This document shows, one piece after another, positions 51,210-60,475 of a DNA stretch of 64,000 nucleotides; the first letter of the stretch is position 1, and each line of letters starts with the position of its first letter. The notes beneath the pieces were generated by a model. It made no database searches and was not told where the DNA came from. It saw only the letters and a list, made by a program, of their open reading frames with translations. The stretch covers positions 1-64,000 of the forward strand of contig CAVTMK010000003.1 of the NCBI GenBank assembly GCA_963735805.1, written 5' to 3'. Origin of the DNA: an uncultured Verrucomicrobiae bacterium. GTDB taxonomy: Bacteria > Verrucomicrobiota > Verrucomicrobiia > Chthoniobacterales > UBA10450. Position numbers and translations under genes: made by a program.

Positions 51210-52436
51210 ATGATAACACAACTTATAACCGAATGGCCTAGCCGAAGTCCCTTGATCGTTCTGATCAGTATCTGTTGCGGAGGGGCTTTAATGATCGCAC
51301 AAGCACAGAACCAGATCCCGGCGAGGCATAGAACGCAATATTACGTATCTAACCTCGACAGTCTCGGCGGCACGAGTAGCGCAGGAAATAGCATTAACAA
51401 CCGAAGCTGGGTGGCAGGGTATTCCAGGTTGACCGGTGATCAGTCCCGGCACGCTGCGCTATGGCGAAACCGGCAACACCATTCATTGCTGGATCTGGCC
51501 ACGCTCGGCGGACCAAACAGCAGCGTCACATGGAATGTGAAAAATACCGATGGCATTATTGTCGGCATCTCCCAGACTGCCGATCCGGACCCGCTGGGAG
51601 AGGCCTGGAGTAGCGCAGCCTTTTATTCCGGGCCAAACGCAGTTGGGTTCATTAATCTTGGATTCGTCTGGGAAGGTTGCCAAATGCGGGGACTTCCCAA
51701 CTTTCCCGGTGGAAATAACGGTTTTGCCACAGGAGCCAACAATCTCGGTCAGGTAGTCGGGTGGGCGGAGAATGACGTTCACGATCCCACATGCGTCTCG
51801 CCTCAAGTGCTTCAGTTTCGTCCAGCCGTATGGGAACTCGGACCGCCTGACGAGATCAGTGACCTGCCTCTGATTTCAGGCGACAGTTCGGGCGCTGCCA
51901 CGGCAATCAACGATAATGGTCAAATTGTAGGGATTTCAGGCATCTGCGACCAAGCTGTTGGAAGAGACACCGCGAAACATGCTGTGCTTTGGCAAAATCG
52001 CGGAGTGACTGATCTCGGCAACCTCGGGGCCTTGTTTTGGAATACGCCGACAGCTATCAATCAACACGGCGACATCGTCGGCTTTGCCGGTGCACCTAAC
52101 GATCCCGATGGCAACTTCCTTCAGGCGTTCATTTGGACAGCACAACGCGGAATGCAGCCTCTCGGTTTCCTTCCAGGAGATGTCCACAGTGAAGCCTATG
52201 GAATCAATGAAAGGCGCCAGGTGGTAGGGCTCTCCTGCGATGCAAATGGAAGTTGCCGCGCGTTTATTTGGGAAAACGGTGTTATGCAGGATCTTAATGA
52301 CCTCAAGCAGCCCGACTTTTCTGTGCGCCTCGAAACCGCCAAGGACATAAACGACAAGGGAGAAATTACGGGCAGATCGATCGACGCCAACAATGTGAGA
52401 ACGGCTTATTTGGCGGTACCTACTCACGGACATTAA
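51210..52436 (+). CDS. Extracellular HAF-repeat protein
   Basis: Repeated A..IN..GQIVG..HA.LW..DLG.LG; RBS AAGGAG. Confidence 0.85.
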   Translation: MITQLITEWPSRSPLIVLISICCGGALMIAQAQNQIPARHRTQYYVSNLDSLGGTSSAGNSINNRSWVAGYSRLTGDQSRHAALWRNRQHHSLLDLATLGGPNSSVTWNVKNTDGIIVGISQTADPDPLGEAWSSAAFYSGPNAVGFINLGFVWEGCQMRGLPNFPGGNNGFATGANNLGQVVGWAENDVHDPTCVSPQVLQFRPAVWELGPPDEISDLPLISGDSSGAATAINDNGQIVGISGICDQAVGRDTAKHAVLWQNRGVTDLGNLGALFWNTPTAINQHGDIVGFAGAPNDPDGNFLQAFIWTAQRGMQPLGFLPGDVHSEAYGINERRQVVGLSCDANGSCRAFIWENGVMQDLNDLKQPDFSVRLETAKDINDKGEITGRSIDANNVRTAYLAVPTHGH

Positions 52437-52499
52437 CAAAAGACAACGAGTCCCGTTTCTAAGCACCCGAACAGATCTTCAGGTACAGGGAAAAACCGG

Positions 52500-52537
52500 A
52501 ATGCCGGATGGCGGTTGGAAAGATCGACATCCGGCAT
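52500..52537 (+). repeat. Hairpin repeat copy 2
   Basis: 33/38 identical to 48795-48832. Confidence 0.85.
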
Positions 52538-52631
52538 CGGTCTTGTGAAACCTATGGACAATAGGGACGCCAATGGTTGGTAGACTTCACGCTTGCCAGA
52601 ACCAACAGGCGCGCTGCCCGATCACATTTGC

Positions 52632-52666
52632 AATCCGCGATCCTCAACTTAAAATCGACAATTCAC
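52632..52666 (+). repeat. Five degenerate heptamers (AATCCGC-type)
   Basis: AATCCGC GATCCTC AACTTAA AATCGAC AATTCAC. Confidence 0.55.
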
Positions 52667-52667
52667 A

Positions 52668-52740
52668 GGGGGCATAGCTCAGTTGGTAGAGCGCCAGCTT
52701 TGCAAGCTGGAAGTCAGGGGTTCGAATCCCCTTGCCTCCA
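52668..52740 (+). tRNA. tRNA-Ala(TGC), CCA not encoded
   Basis: GGGGGCA/TGCCTCC acceptor stem with G3:U70; CCAGC-TTTGCAA-GCTGG; TTCGAAT. Confidence 0.97.
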
Positions 52741-52973
52741 GATATTTACGAAGGTTTCAGAGAGCCGCTGAATCAGGCTTTGTCACTGCTTTGTGATACT
52801 CGCATGCGCTCGTTCACAAGGCTGGCACCTCTAAGCACACGCCAGTCTAATTCAAGCCCCCAATGGGGTGGCCGCAACTGGTGATTCACATGTTTTGCGT
52901 GCGCCTGCCCTTTACGCTCGTGGTGCGTCGCTACGCAAACGGCAAATCGTAATAGATCAACACTTCAGAATTT

Positions 52974-53086
52974 AACCACGGATTGCCCAGATAGGTCGAA
53001 GTTTTCGGCGTCGACCAACAGGCTAGGTGATCTTTGCAAGAAGACGAGGAATAGCCCTATCCGGGCTATCGGTGTAATCCGCGGTT
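52974..53086. repeat. Inverted-repeat (MITE-like) element
   Basis: AACCACGGATTGCCCAGAT ... ATCGGTGTAATCCGCGGTT, 15/19 complementary. Confidence 0.55.
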
Positions 53087-54057
53087 CTCCCGATCCCTAA
53101 AGGGGCCGGTAGCTGGCTGAACCTTCGTCGATACCGACCCGGACTGATGCCGGCTATCCGGCGAAAGTGATGTCGAAACGATTCTTCTGTGCCGAAGCCG
53201 CAAGAGTCCGCCACAGCCCACAACGGCGCGCGGGTGGTTTCCAGCGTGTCTTTTGCGCGCGCTACCCGCTCGTGCACGATCCACTGAGTGGGCCAGAGTC
53301 CAGTGGCGTCACGAAACTGGCGCTGCAAGGTCCGCTCGCTCACGCCGGCGCGGCGAGCCAGCGATCTCAAATCATGCTTCGTTTTCAGATTTCCTCGCAC
53401 CCACTCAAGCAACGGCGCGATCGGATGCGAGGCGTTGACCGAGACGGCGTGTGGAAGAAACTGCGCTTGTCCGCCCTCACGATGCGCCGGGATAACGAGA
53501 CCCTGCGCGACCAGATTCGCAATCTTCGCTCCGTGATCGCGCCGAACAAGGTGCAGCATCATATCTAGTCCGGCTGCGGATCCAGCCGAGGTGATGATCC
53601 GGCCCGTGTCCACATAGAGGTCGTTGCTTCGCACTTCGATCTCCGGGTATAGCTCCTGCAACAGCGCGACATGTATCCAATGCGTCGTGGCGGGCTTCCC
53701 GTCGAGGAGACCGGTTGCGGCGAGGACGAACGCGCCTGTGCAGATCGAACAGAGTCGCGCTCCGCGCGCGTGCGCATTTTGGAGTTTTCGAATCAACAAT
53801 CGCGGCGGTGGCACAGCCGGCCGCCAGCCGGGAATGACGATGGTGTCCGCCCGGTCGAGGAGGCGCAGCGAGTGCGGCGCGGTAAAACGGACGCCCCCGG
53901 TCGCGCGCAGCGGGGACCGCGTCGCCGCGCACACGCCGAAATTGTACCACGGCACGTCAATGCCGGGCCATCGCACGGAAAAAATTTCAACCGCACAGGC
54001 AAACTCGAACGTGCACAAGTCGTCATACGCCACCACGGCGACAAGATGGGAACCCAT
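53023..54057 (-). CDS. FtrA-like GlxA/AraC regulator
   Basis: LCTFEF.C..E.F, SICTGAF, TSAGSAAGLD, HREGGQAQF. Confidence 0.9.
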   Translation of the reverse strand: MGSHLVAVVAYDDLCTFEFACAVEIFSVRWPGIDVPWYNFGVCAATRSPLRATGGVRFTAPHSLRLLDRADTIVIPGWRPAVPPPRLLIRKLQNAHARGARLCSICTGAFVLAATGLLDGKPATTHWIHVALLQELYPEIEVRSNDLYVDTGRIITSAGSAAGLDMMLHLVRRDHGAKIANLVAQGLVIPAHREGGQAQFLPHAVSVNASHPIAPLLEWVRGNLKTKHDLRSLARRAGVSERTLQRQFRDATGLWPTQWIVHERVARAKDTLETTRAPLWAVADSCGFGTEESFRHHFRRIAGISPGRYRRRFSQLPAPLGIGRTADYTDSPDRAIPRLLAKIT

Positions 54058-54091
54058 GGCGTATGATTACCACATCATGACGTATACGCCA
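54057..54091. promoter_or_regulatory. Putative operator TGGCGTAT-N19-ATACGCCA
   Basis: Perfect 8-bp inverted repeat between divergent genes. Confidence 0.6.
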
Positions 54092-54153
54092 CTGGAAAGA
54101 GTAGACGGCACGGAGTTATTTGTACGTGCGAAAACCACCAAAGAAAAAACCAC

Positions 54154-54360
54154 ATGAAAACAATAACTAAACTCATTTACCTACTTACTTCTGCGCTTTC
54201 AATACTCGCCCTGATGTTGGTCTCTTGGTCAAGCGGGTCGACGGCGAGTACAACGCGTCAGACCACTACGACCGCAGCAACCACGCCAGCCCACGTGGTA
54301 CCAAGTCAGCCCATCGGTTACCGGGACGTGCCGCAGGGGTCGGCGGCAGGGGGCTTCTGA
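54154..54360 (+). CDS. Small secreted Thr-rich peptide (possible gene remnant)
   Basis: MKTITKLIYL signal followed by a low-complexity tail. Confidence 0.45.
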   Translation: MKTITKLIYLLTSALSILALMLVSWSSGSTASTTRQTTTTAATTPAHVVPSQPIGYRDVPQGSAAGGF

Positions 54361-54398
54361 GTGTCCATAAGGAAAGACAAGTGAAAGGAATATTATTT

Positions 54399-54944
54399 AT
54401 GCTCTTACTAAAGTCGCTTCGAATTGGTTTTGTTGGGTTGATGCTCTTTGTCGCAAGCGCATGGGCTGCGAGCTCGGTGCTGGAAGGGATCGTCAAGGAT
54501 GCTAAAGGACATCCGATAGAAGGCGCGGACATTCGGATCGAAACGAAAAATGGTGGGAAATTGCTCACAACCGTCAAGACCGATGTAAGCGGTCGTTATA
54601 TTTTAGAGGGTCTTCCGCCAGGCAATTACCGAGTCACATTGGCTGTGAATGGTGCCGTCAAAACTTCCATCAATAATACAACCATCGAGTCGGATGCGCC
54701 GACACAACTGAATTTTGATCTGGGTGCAGCGCCAGCGTCGCGGGCATCTGTAACCGTGAAGAAAGGGCGCCATTGGGTTTGGGTACCCGCGTTTAGTGGA
54801 AGTCGTCTGCCTGGTCACTGGGTCGAACTTAATGACAGTGGAAGCTGGGCGGGAGAGGCTAGCAGCTTCAACGTCGTACGGGTCAGCGGTGAAGAACTGC
54901 AACGGACAATTCACAGCAAAGACCTCCCCGCCGGAGCGAAGTGA
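54399..54944 (+). CDS. Carboxypeptidase-regulatory-like domain secreted protein
   Basis: LEGIVKDAKG.PI.GA..TD..GRY..GLPPG.Y.V. Confidence 0.8.
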   Translation: MLLLKSLRIGFVGLMLFVASAWAASSVLEGIVKDAKGHPIEGADIRIETKNGGKLLTTVKTDVSGRYILEGLPPGNYRVTLAVNGAVKTSINNTTIESDAPTQLNFDLGAAPASRASVTVKKGRHWVWVPAFSGSRLPGHWVELNDSGSWAGEASSFNVVRVSGEELQRTIHSKDLPAGAK

Positions 54945-55123
54945 TCGTAGCGCCGTCCTTGCACAATGTTGGCGGCCGTTCTCCCATCGATCTTAAGATT
55001 GAGAGCCAAATTCCATCCAAAGTTCGGGGGAGACCGACGCAGCGTCATCTAGCGTATGTCGTCATATTCGGTTTGCAAGACCACCTGATCAATGAAGTGG
55101 GCTGATGAATTGACGCGTATCGC

Positions 55124-55158
55124 TTGACCGATTACCGATCACCGATCACTGTTCACTT
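55124..55158 (+). repeat. Five heptamers (ATCACCG-type)
   Basis: TTGACCG ATTACCG ATCACCG ATCACTG TTCACTT. Confidence 0.7.
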
Positions 55159-55167
55159 CCGCGAAGC

Positions 55168-55241
55168 GGGCCTGTAGCTCAGTTGGTTAGAGCATGCGCT
55201 TGATAAGCGCAGGGTCACTGGTTCGAGCCCAGTCAGGCCCA
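55168..55241 (+). tRNA. tRNA-Ile(GAT), CCA not encoded
   Basis: GGGCCTG/CAGGCCC acceptor stem; TGCGC-TTGATAA-GCGCA; TTCGAG. Confidence 0.97.
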
Positions 55242-55256
55242 TTCATTTTCCGCGAC

Positions 55257-56663
55257 TCAAAATTGAAAATAAACGAACGGCACCTGGCCGGTAGCGGGAA
55301 ATAACTCGAGCGCAAGAAACGCGCAAACGTACGCCGGAACCTGAATCCGCGCCGGTTGAAGAGCGAGACGGTCAATAAACTGAGTGCATTCTTGTGCAAC
55401 CGCCAGAAATAATGAAATAAAAATCAACACCACTGTCCCCGTCGTCAGCAGAAATTCACCGGTTACGTGAAAACCGAATAACGCCGCTAACACGTACCCG
55501 CTCGCCTGAAGTGTCCTTGGGCGAAAGAAAGCCATACTGACCGTGCAGGAAAGAAACATCAACGCAACACTAAGTGGCACAAAGTAACGCTTTTTCATTA
55601 CCTCGGAGATCGCCGTCCTTTTCGTAGCCCGATCGAAGAGACGGTACCCGATTATTAGGAGGCCGTGATACGCTCCCCAGGCAACAAAGGTCCAGTTAGC
55701 TCCATGCCATAGCCCCACCAAAATCATAACAATCATCAGGTTCCGATATAACACGAAGTGCCCTTTTCTTCCTCGGCTAAACGGCATGAACAAATAGTCC
55801 CGAACCCAGGTGGACAGCGTTATGTGCCATCTCTGCCAGAAGTCTGGCGGATTTCTGGCGAGGAATGGCCGCGCAAAATTGAGCGGAAACTCAAAGCCTA
55901 GCAGCTTTGCGCAACCGCGAGCAATGTCAGTGTAACCGGAAAAATCGAAAAACACCTGCATAAAGAAGGCGATACAACCCGACCACGCAGCCAGCCAGCC
56001 CGGGTGCGCCGCCGGATTGTTGAAATAACTGTCGGACACGACCGCGAATCGATCGGCAAACACCATCTTCTTAATCAGGCCGGCCAGAACAAGAATAATG
56101 CCGCCTTGGACCATAATTGCTGTAGGACGTCGCCAATATTGAATCTGCGAAATGAATTGTCTGGCCCGAATGATTGGCCCGGCAATCAGGTGAGGAAAAA
56201 ACGCGATGAATACTGCGTAGTCGACGAAGTTTCTCACCGCCTTCATTTTCCCCCAGTAGACGTCGATCGTATAAGAAAGACTGGCAAAAGTGTAGAAGCT
56301 GACGCCTACTGGAAGAATAATTTGCAAAACAACCGATGACTCGGGAATACGAAGTAGCCCAGCCAGCGAGCCTGCAAAAAAATCGTAATACTTGAAGAAA
56401 CCAAGGATACCCAGGTTAACTATGAGACTAACAACGAGTAGAATCTTCTTGCGACCACCGCTGGCTGTCTCCAGTGAAATTCCCAGGAAGTAATCAACGA
56501 TGGTAGACGTAAGGATCAGCACGATAAAACGTGGGTCCCACCACATGTAAAAGATGTAGCTCGCGCCAAGGAGCAGGAACTTGCCGATGCGAAATGGAAC
56601 GCTGTAAAACAGCGTAGCCACGATCAAAAAAAAGATCCAGTACTGAAAGCTGTTAAATAACAT
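55257..56663 (-). CDS. MBOAT O-acyltransferase (AlgI/PatA/DltB-like)
   Basis: MLFNS, LPVGVSFYTF, FFPHLIAGPI, DFSGYTD, FWQRWHITLS, GLWHGA, FVYFQF. Confidence 0.93.
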   Translation of the reverse strand: MLFNSFQYWIFFLIVATLFYSVPFRIGKFLLLGASYIFYMWWDPRFIVLILTSTIVDYFLGISLETASGGRKKILLVVSLIVNLGILGFFKYYDFFAGSLAGLLRIPESSVVLQIILPVGVSFYTFASLSYTIDVYWGKMKAVRNFVDYAVFIAFFPHLIAGPIIRARQFISQIQYWRRPTAIMVQGGIILVLAGLIKKMVFADRFAVVSDSYFNNPAAHPGWLAAWSGCIAFFMQVFFDFSGYTDIARGCAKLLGFEFPLNFARPFLARNPPDFWQRWHITLSTWVRDYLFMPFSRGRKGHFVLYRNLMIVMILVGLWHGANWTFVAWGAYHGLLIIGYRLFDRATKRTAISEVMKKRYFVPLSVALMFLSCTVSMAFFRPRTLQASGYVLAALFGFHVTGEFLLTTGTVVLIFISLFLAVAQECTQFIDRLALQPARIQVPAYVCAFLALELFPATGQVPFVYFQF

Positions 56664-56683
56664 GGGGTAACGCAGGTTGCCAG

Positions 56684-58423
56684 CTAGTTGGCTTTTTCCA
56701 TTGATCTTTTAATCATGCGACTGGCGCTAGGATTTCCCGCATCCGAGCCATCAGTCCCAAAGCGGAATCGATTCGCTACTTTGTTTGAATCGGAGCGACG
56801 GTGTCCGTCTAGATCGGCTGATCGCAGCCGCCCCACTAGCTCGGCTACCAGTGTTTCTGTAAACCTTTGCCGGCCCTTTGCATTAAGATGGTATCCATCA
56901 AAATAGTATTCGGGTTTCTCAAGAAATTCGAATGTTTGTTCGGGAACCGAGAAAACGGTCCTCTGAGTCGTGATTGCCGGAAAAGCAGCGTGAAATGTCA
57001 TGGAGGCTCCTGGAAGGCCGGCAAACGGGCCGCGAGGTACGGGCGTAAGGACAATCTCTGTCGGACTAGCGGAATAACGATTCAAGATTCGCTGGATCCC
57101 ATCTCGCTGGATCTTGAGGAAATCTTGTGTCTCCGATTGAGATGGCTTCACCAGGCTCTCTCTGATGGCTTCTCTCTGAGCTTCCGTTAATCGCGGCGGA
57201 AAAGTTACCTGACCGGTCTTGGGATCGAAGGAAGTACCGACGATATCATAATCCCGGCCTTTGTAGACCTCGCGCGATTGAAGTCTGGTTGGCTCTCGTT
57301 TGATGCTTTGGATTCGGTCGATGGGGTGTTCAAGAAAATCGACGACATCGTTCTGGAATGCCGAACCTCGCAGTATGCATGCTGTAAATGCTCTAAAGCG
57401 ACCTGACCATCGCTGAAAAGCAGATGCAAAATTGAAGCAGTCCGCATAGCGCAACAGGGGAGCGGCCATTGAAATTCTTAAACGATCAGCGCTATTTGGT
57501 TCAAATCCGATACCATAGGGAACTACAATCGCCCAGTACCGGCGCCTGGTAGGATCGACTTCCCGGAGCATATAGTCCCAGATGTTCACTGAAGAGGCTG
57601 GCTCCGCGAGATTCACAAATTTAAATCCATCGACAGAACTGAGATTATCGGCAACCGCAGCGGAGAACCCCTCCGCCATTCGCGAATCGCCCAAAACCAG
57701 TACCTCTTTCAGACCCGACGAAACGCGATCCTTTTCGGCTCGCGTAATGACTTCCATTCTTCCCGCGTATGAATCTGGCGCCAGAATCGAAGTGTATAAC
57801 CGCGTATGGAATACCAGGCCATCTGTGCAAACGAATACAGCCAGGCCGAAAAATAGATTTCGGGTAACATGAAGTGGCCTGGGCGAAGTCGTCGGTTCAA
57901 GTGGAAACTTTGTGCGCACCGGTCCCGCTGAGCTCAGATAAAGGCCGACGTACAGGGCTGTGATGAGCACGGCAATCAGCAGCCAGCGGAGTTGTCCGTC
58001 CAATAATCCAGTGCGCGGTGAGTTTCCAGGTTCCGCGGCGAATCCAGAAACAGTTACGGTGGCCAGCGACGAACGCCGTTCAGCATCTCCATAGAGTCCG
58101 AAAACATAACTCCCTGTCCGGATCCATGGGATCACGCGGCTACCTTCGCTACCAGTAGCGACAAGAACCGGCGGCCGACCGTTTGCCGTCACGAAAACAA
58201 AACCCGTCAATCCGTCACCGGTATTCCAGGCAACATCTGTGCTACCCGAACCACCAGCGATTTTCACGCGTTCCGGCGTAGCTGTAATCGTGGGCCTATC
58301 TTTACCCTGTCGGGGATCGCGGGTCATACTCTGTTGCGGAGGCGCCCCTACGACGGAGGCCGACCCCAAAAAGGCAACGAAGCAAAGCAAAACGGCGGAG
58401 AATCTGCGCGAAAGATTTGCCAT
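56684..58423 (-). CDS. Membrane-anchored SGNH-like protein (AlgJ/DltD-like MBOAT partner)
   Basis: LGDSR and DGYHLN motifs; N-terminal Ig-like region; TM helices. Confidence 0.7.
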   Translation of the reverse strand: MANLSRRFSAVLLCFVAFLGSASVVGAPPQQSMTRDPRQGKDRPTITATPERVKIAGGSGSTDVAWNTGDGLTGFVFVTANGRPPVLVATGSEGSRVIPWIRTGSYVFGLYGDAERRSSLATVTVSGFAAEPGNSPRTGLLDGQLRWLLIAVLITALYVGLYLSSAGPVRTKFPLEPTTSPRPLHVTRNLFFGLAVFVCTDGLVFHTRLYTSILAPDSYAGRMEVITRAEKDRVSSGLKEVLVLGDSRMAEGFSAAVADNLSSVDGFKFVNLAEPASSVNIWDYMLREVDPTRRRYWAIVVPYGIGFEPNSADRLRISMAAPLLRYADCFNFASAFQRWSGRFRAFTACILRGSAFQNDVVDFLEHPIDRIQSIKREPTRLQSREVYKGRDYDIVGTSFDPKTGQVTFPPRLTEAQREAIRESLVKPSQSETQDFLKIQRDGIQRILNRYSASPTEIVLTPVPRGPFAGLPGASMTFHAAFPAITTQRTVFSVPEQTFEFLEKPEYYFDGYHLNAKGRQRFTETLVAELVGRLRSADLDGHRRSDSNKVANRFRFGTDGSDAGNPSASRMIKRSMEKAN

Positions 58424-58709
58424 CCCCGCAAGTTCGAGCGCGGCCGGCAATGACGAACTATCGCGGGCTGTTCTCTTTATCATGGGACAAACACTCAATT
58501 CGCAGGTGCGACAGCTGCCGTTGACGTTTCAAGAGACTGGTAGACCCCGCTTAATTGGCCCTTCGCAAGGAGCGCCCTTGAAAACCTGAAGTGGGGATGC
58601 GGACAGATGTAATCCTTCAACTGCGATCAGCATTCACGGCTGATTATTTCATTAACTCTCCGAAAAAGGCAAGCTGCGATGGCTGGGGCTGCGACATGGA
58701 AGTCATGAA

Positions 58710-59186
58710 CTACAGCTTAGTGGCTCGCTGTCCGTTTTGTCGGACCTTTGTTGAACGCTTCTTCGTAAGAACCGCGCCGACAAGCAGCCCAACGATCGCG
58801 CCACCACTGTCGATCATGATATCTCTTACCGAAGGGCCACGGGACCGGACGAACGTTTGGTGAAATTCATCTGTCGCAGCCACAACCAGGCAGATGCTCC
58901 AGATACTCACACAGAGGATTGACATCGACCATTTGAGATTCGTCACGCAAATCGCAGCACGAAACAACAGCAACGCCAGAATGGCGTACTCGCCTACATG
59001 GGCGAATTTTCGAATAAAGAAATGAACGGACGCAACGGTCTCCGGAGAAATATCCGGTTTCAGCCAAAGTAAGAATGGAACGATGAATCGCGACGTGTGT
59101 TCGGCAGACATCAGATCGGTCGAGTCGATGAAAATCAGCGCGAGCCAAACCAGTAATGGCAGGCAGTATTTTAGAAAGACGCGCAT
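58710..59186 (-). CDS. VanZ family protein
   Basis: RKFAH..EY.IL; DEFHQTFV..R..D..ID. Confidence 0.88.
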   Translation of the reverse strand: MRVFLKYCLPLLVWLALIFIDSTDLMSAEHTSRFIVPFLLWLKPDISPETVASVHFFIRKFAHVGEYAILALLLFRAAICVTNLKWSMSILCVSIWSICLVVAATDEFHQTFVRSRGPSVRDIMIDSGGAIVGLLVGAVLTKKRSTKVRQNGQRATKL

Positions 59187-59227
59187 TTGTTTTGCACTCC
59201 GCCGCAGCGGCCACCAATTAAATAAAT

Positions 59228-59250
59228 GGCGTTTAGCAGAAACTCCCTAC
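59228..59250 (-). repeat. GTAG-type REP-like hairpin
   Basis: GTAGGGAGTTTCTGCTAAACGCC. Confidence 0.5.
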
Positions 59251-59306
59251 AAATTTACCGATCTGAAATCCGTAATCCCCCGCCTGCAATCAAAGCCAAT
59301 CCCGCT

Positions 59307-60266
59307 GTGACACCTCTCACTTTTGAACCCATTTTCATGGAACGCGTGTGGGGCGGGCGGCGCCTTGAATCTGAGTTTGGCAAAAAATTACCGCTGCAGA
59401 AACCTATCGGGGAATCATGGGAAATAGTAGATCGTCCCGAAGCACAGAGCGTTGTGCGCAACGGGCCGTTGCGCGGGAAAACTTTGCACGAACTGTGGAC
59501 CCAAAATCGAGATGAAATCTTCGGAGACACTCCGGACGCACCGCGTTTCCCGGTGCTACTGAAGCTTCTTGATGCGCAGGACAAACTTTCATTGCAAGTG
59601 CATCCGCCCGAAAAGCTCGCCAGCAGATTAGGAGGCGAACCGAAAACCGAATTTTGGTACGTTTTGCGAGCCGAGCCAGGTGCCGAGCTTTATCTTGGAT
59701 TTCGCGAGTCGATCACGCGGGAACAGCTTGAAAAAGCGTTGCGCGGCGGAAAGGCAGCCGATTATGTCCAAACAATCCGAGTCAAATCCGGCGACGCAGC
59801 GTTCCTTCCGGCAGGTCGTCTTCATGCTTTGGGCGCCGGCATTCTGCTGATCGAAGTCCAGCAGAACAGTGACACCACCTATCGCGTGTTCGATTGGAAC
59901 CGCACGGATAACAGGCGCAAGCAGCGACAGCTGCATATCGCCCAGGCGCTTCAATCCATCGATCTCGATGATGTTCGACCGGGACTGTTGCGCCACGAAG
60001 GCGAACTGTTGTTGCGCGACGAATTATTCGAGATCCAGAAATGGAATCTCGATTCATCGCGCGAGACCGCCGCTCGAGGGCAGTTCGCGATCGTCTGTTG
60101 CCTGACCGGCTCGTTACGCTGCGCCGGGGTCAGTCTTAAGCCCGGAGAATTTTTCCTGATTCCAGCTCAGTCGCAGGACCGACAATTAAGTCCCCAGGCA
60201 AACGGAACAAGTCTACTCCGCGTGACGATTCCAAAATTGCAGGATGTCTACCGCGGCGTACAGTAA
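59307..60266 (+). CDS. manA: Mannose-6-phosphate isomerase, type I
   Basis: VWGG, GESWE, LSLQVHP, KTEFWY, HALG, EVQQNSDTTYR; start uncertain. Confidence 0.9.
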   Translation: MTPLTFEPIFMERVWGGRRLESEFGKKLPLQKPIGESWEIVDRPEAQSVVRNGPLRGKTLHELWTQNRDEIFGDTPDAPRFPVLLKLLDAQDKLSLQVHPPEKLASRLGGEPKTEFWYVLRAEPGAELYLGFRESITREQLEKALRGGKAADYVQTIRVKSGDAAFLPAGRLHALGAGILLIEVQQNSDTTYRVFDWNRTDNRRKQRQLHIAQALQSIDLDDVRPGLLRHEGELLLRDELFEIQKWNLDSSRETAARGQFAIVCCLTGSLRCAGVSLKPGEFFLIPAQSQDRQLSPQANGTSLLRVTIPKLQDVYRGVQ

Positions 60267-60475
60267 TTCAATGGCGCCTCAGTGGGACGGCCCATAAGAT
60301 CAAACCTGAATCCAAATAGGCCGTACAATCTCGCGATTCTTAACGGGAATCGCGCTCGTCTTTTGCTGCGGCGGCGATTGATCCCGCATAGAGGGCGCGA
60401 CGAAGGTACCCACCGCGCATGATGCAAGGCAGAACAGCACAACAAAAATTTTCGCTCTCAGCGTCACAAATCGGT

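Noticed and set aside
52500..52537. Resemblance of TGCCGGATGGCG to enterobacterial REP
   Set aside because: Short match, lacks the CTAC end, wrong phylum; treated as a local repeat
52808..52819. GCTCGTTCACAA as a relic spacer boxA
   Set aside because: Too degenerate and no 23S follows
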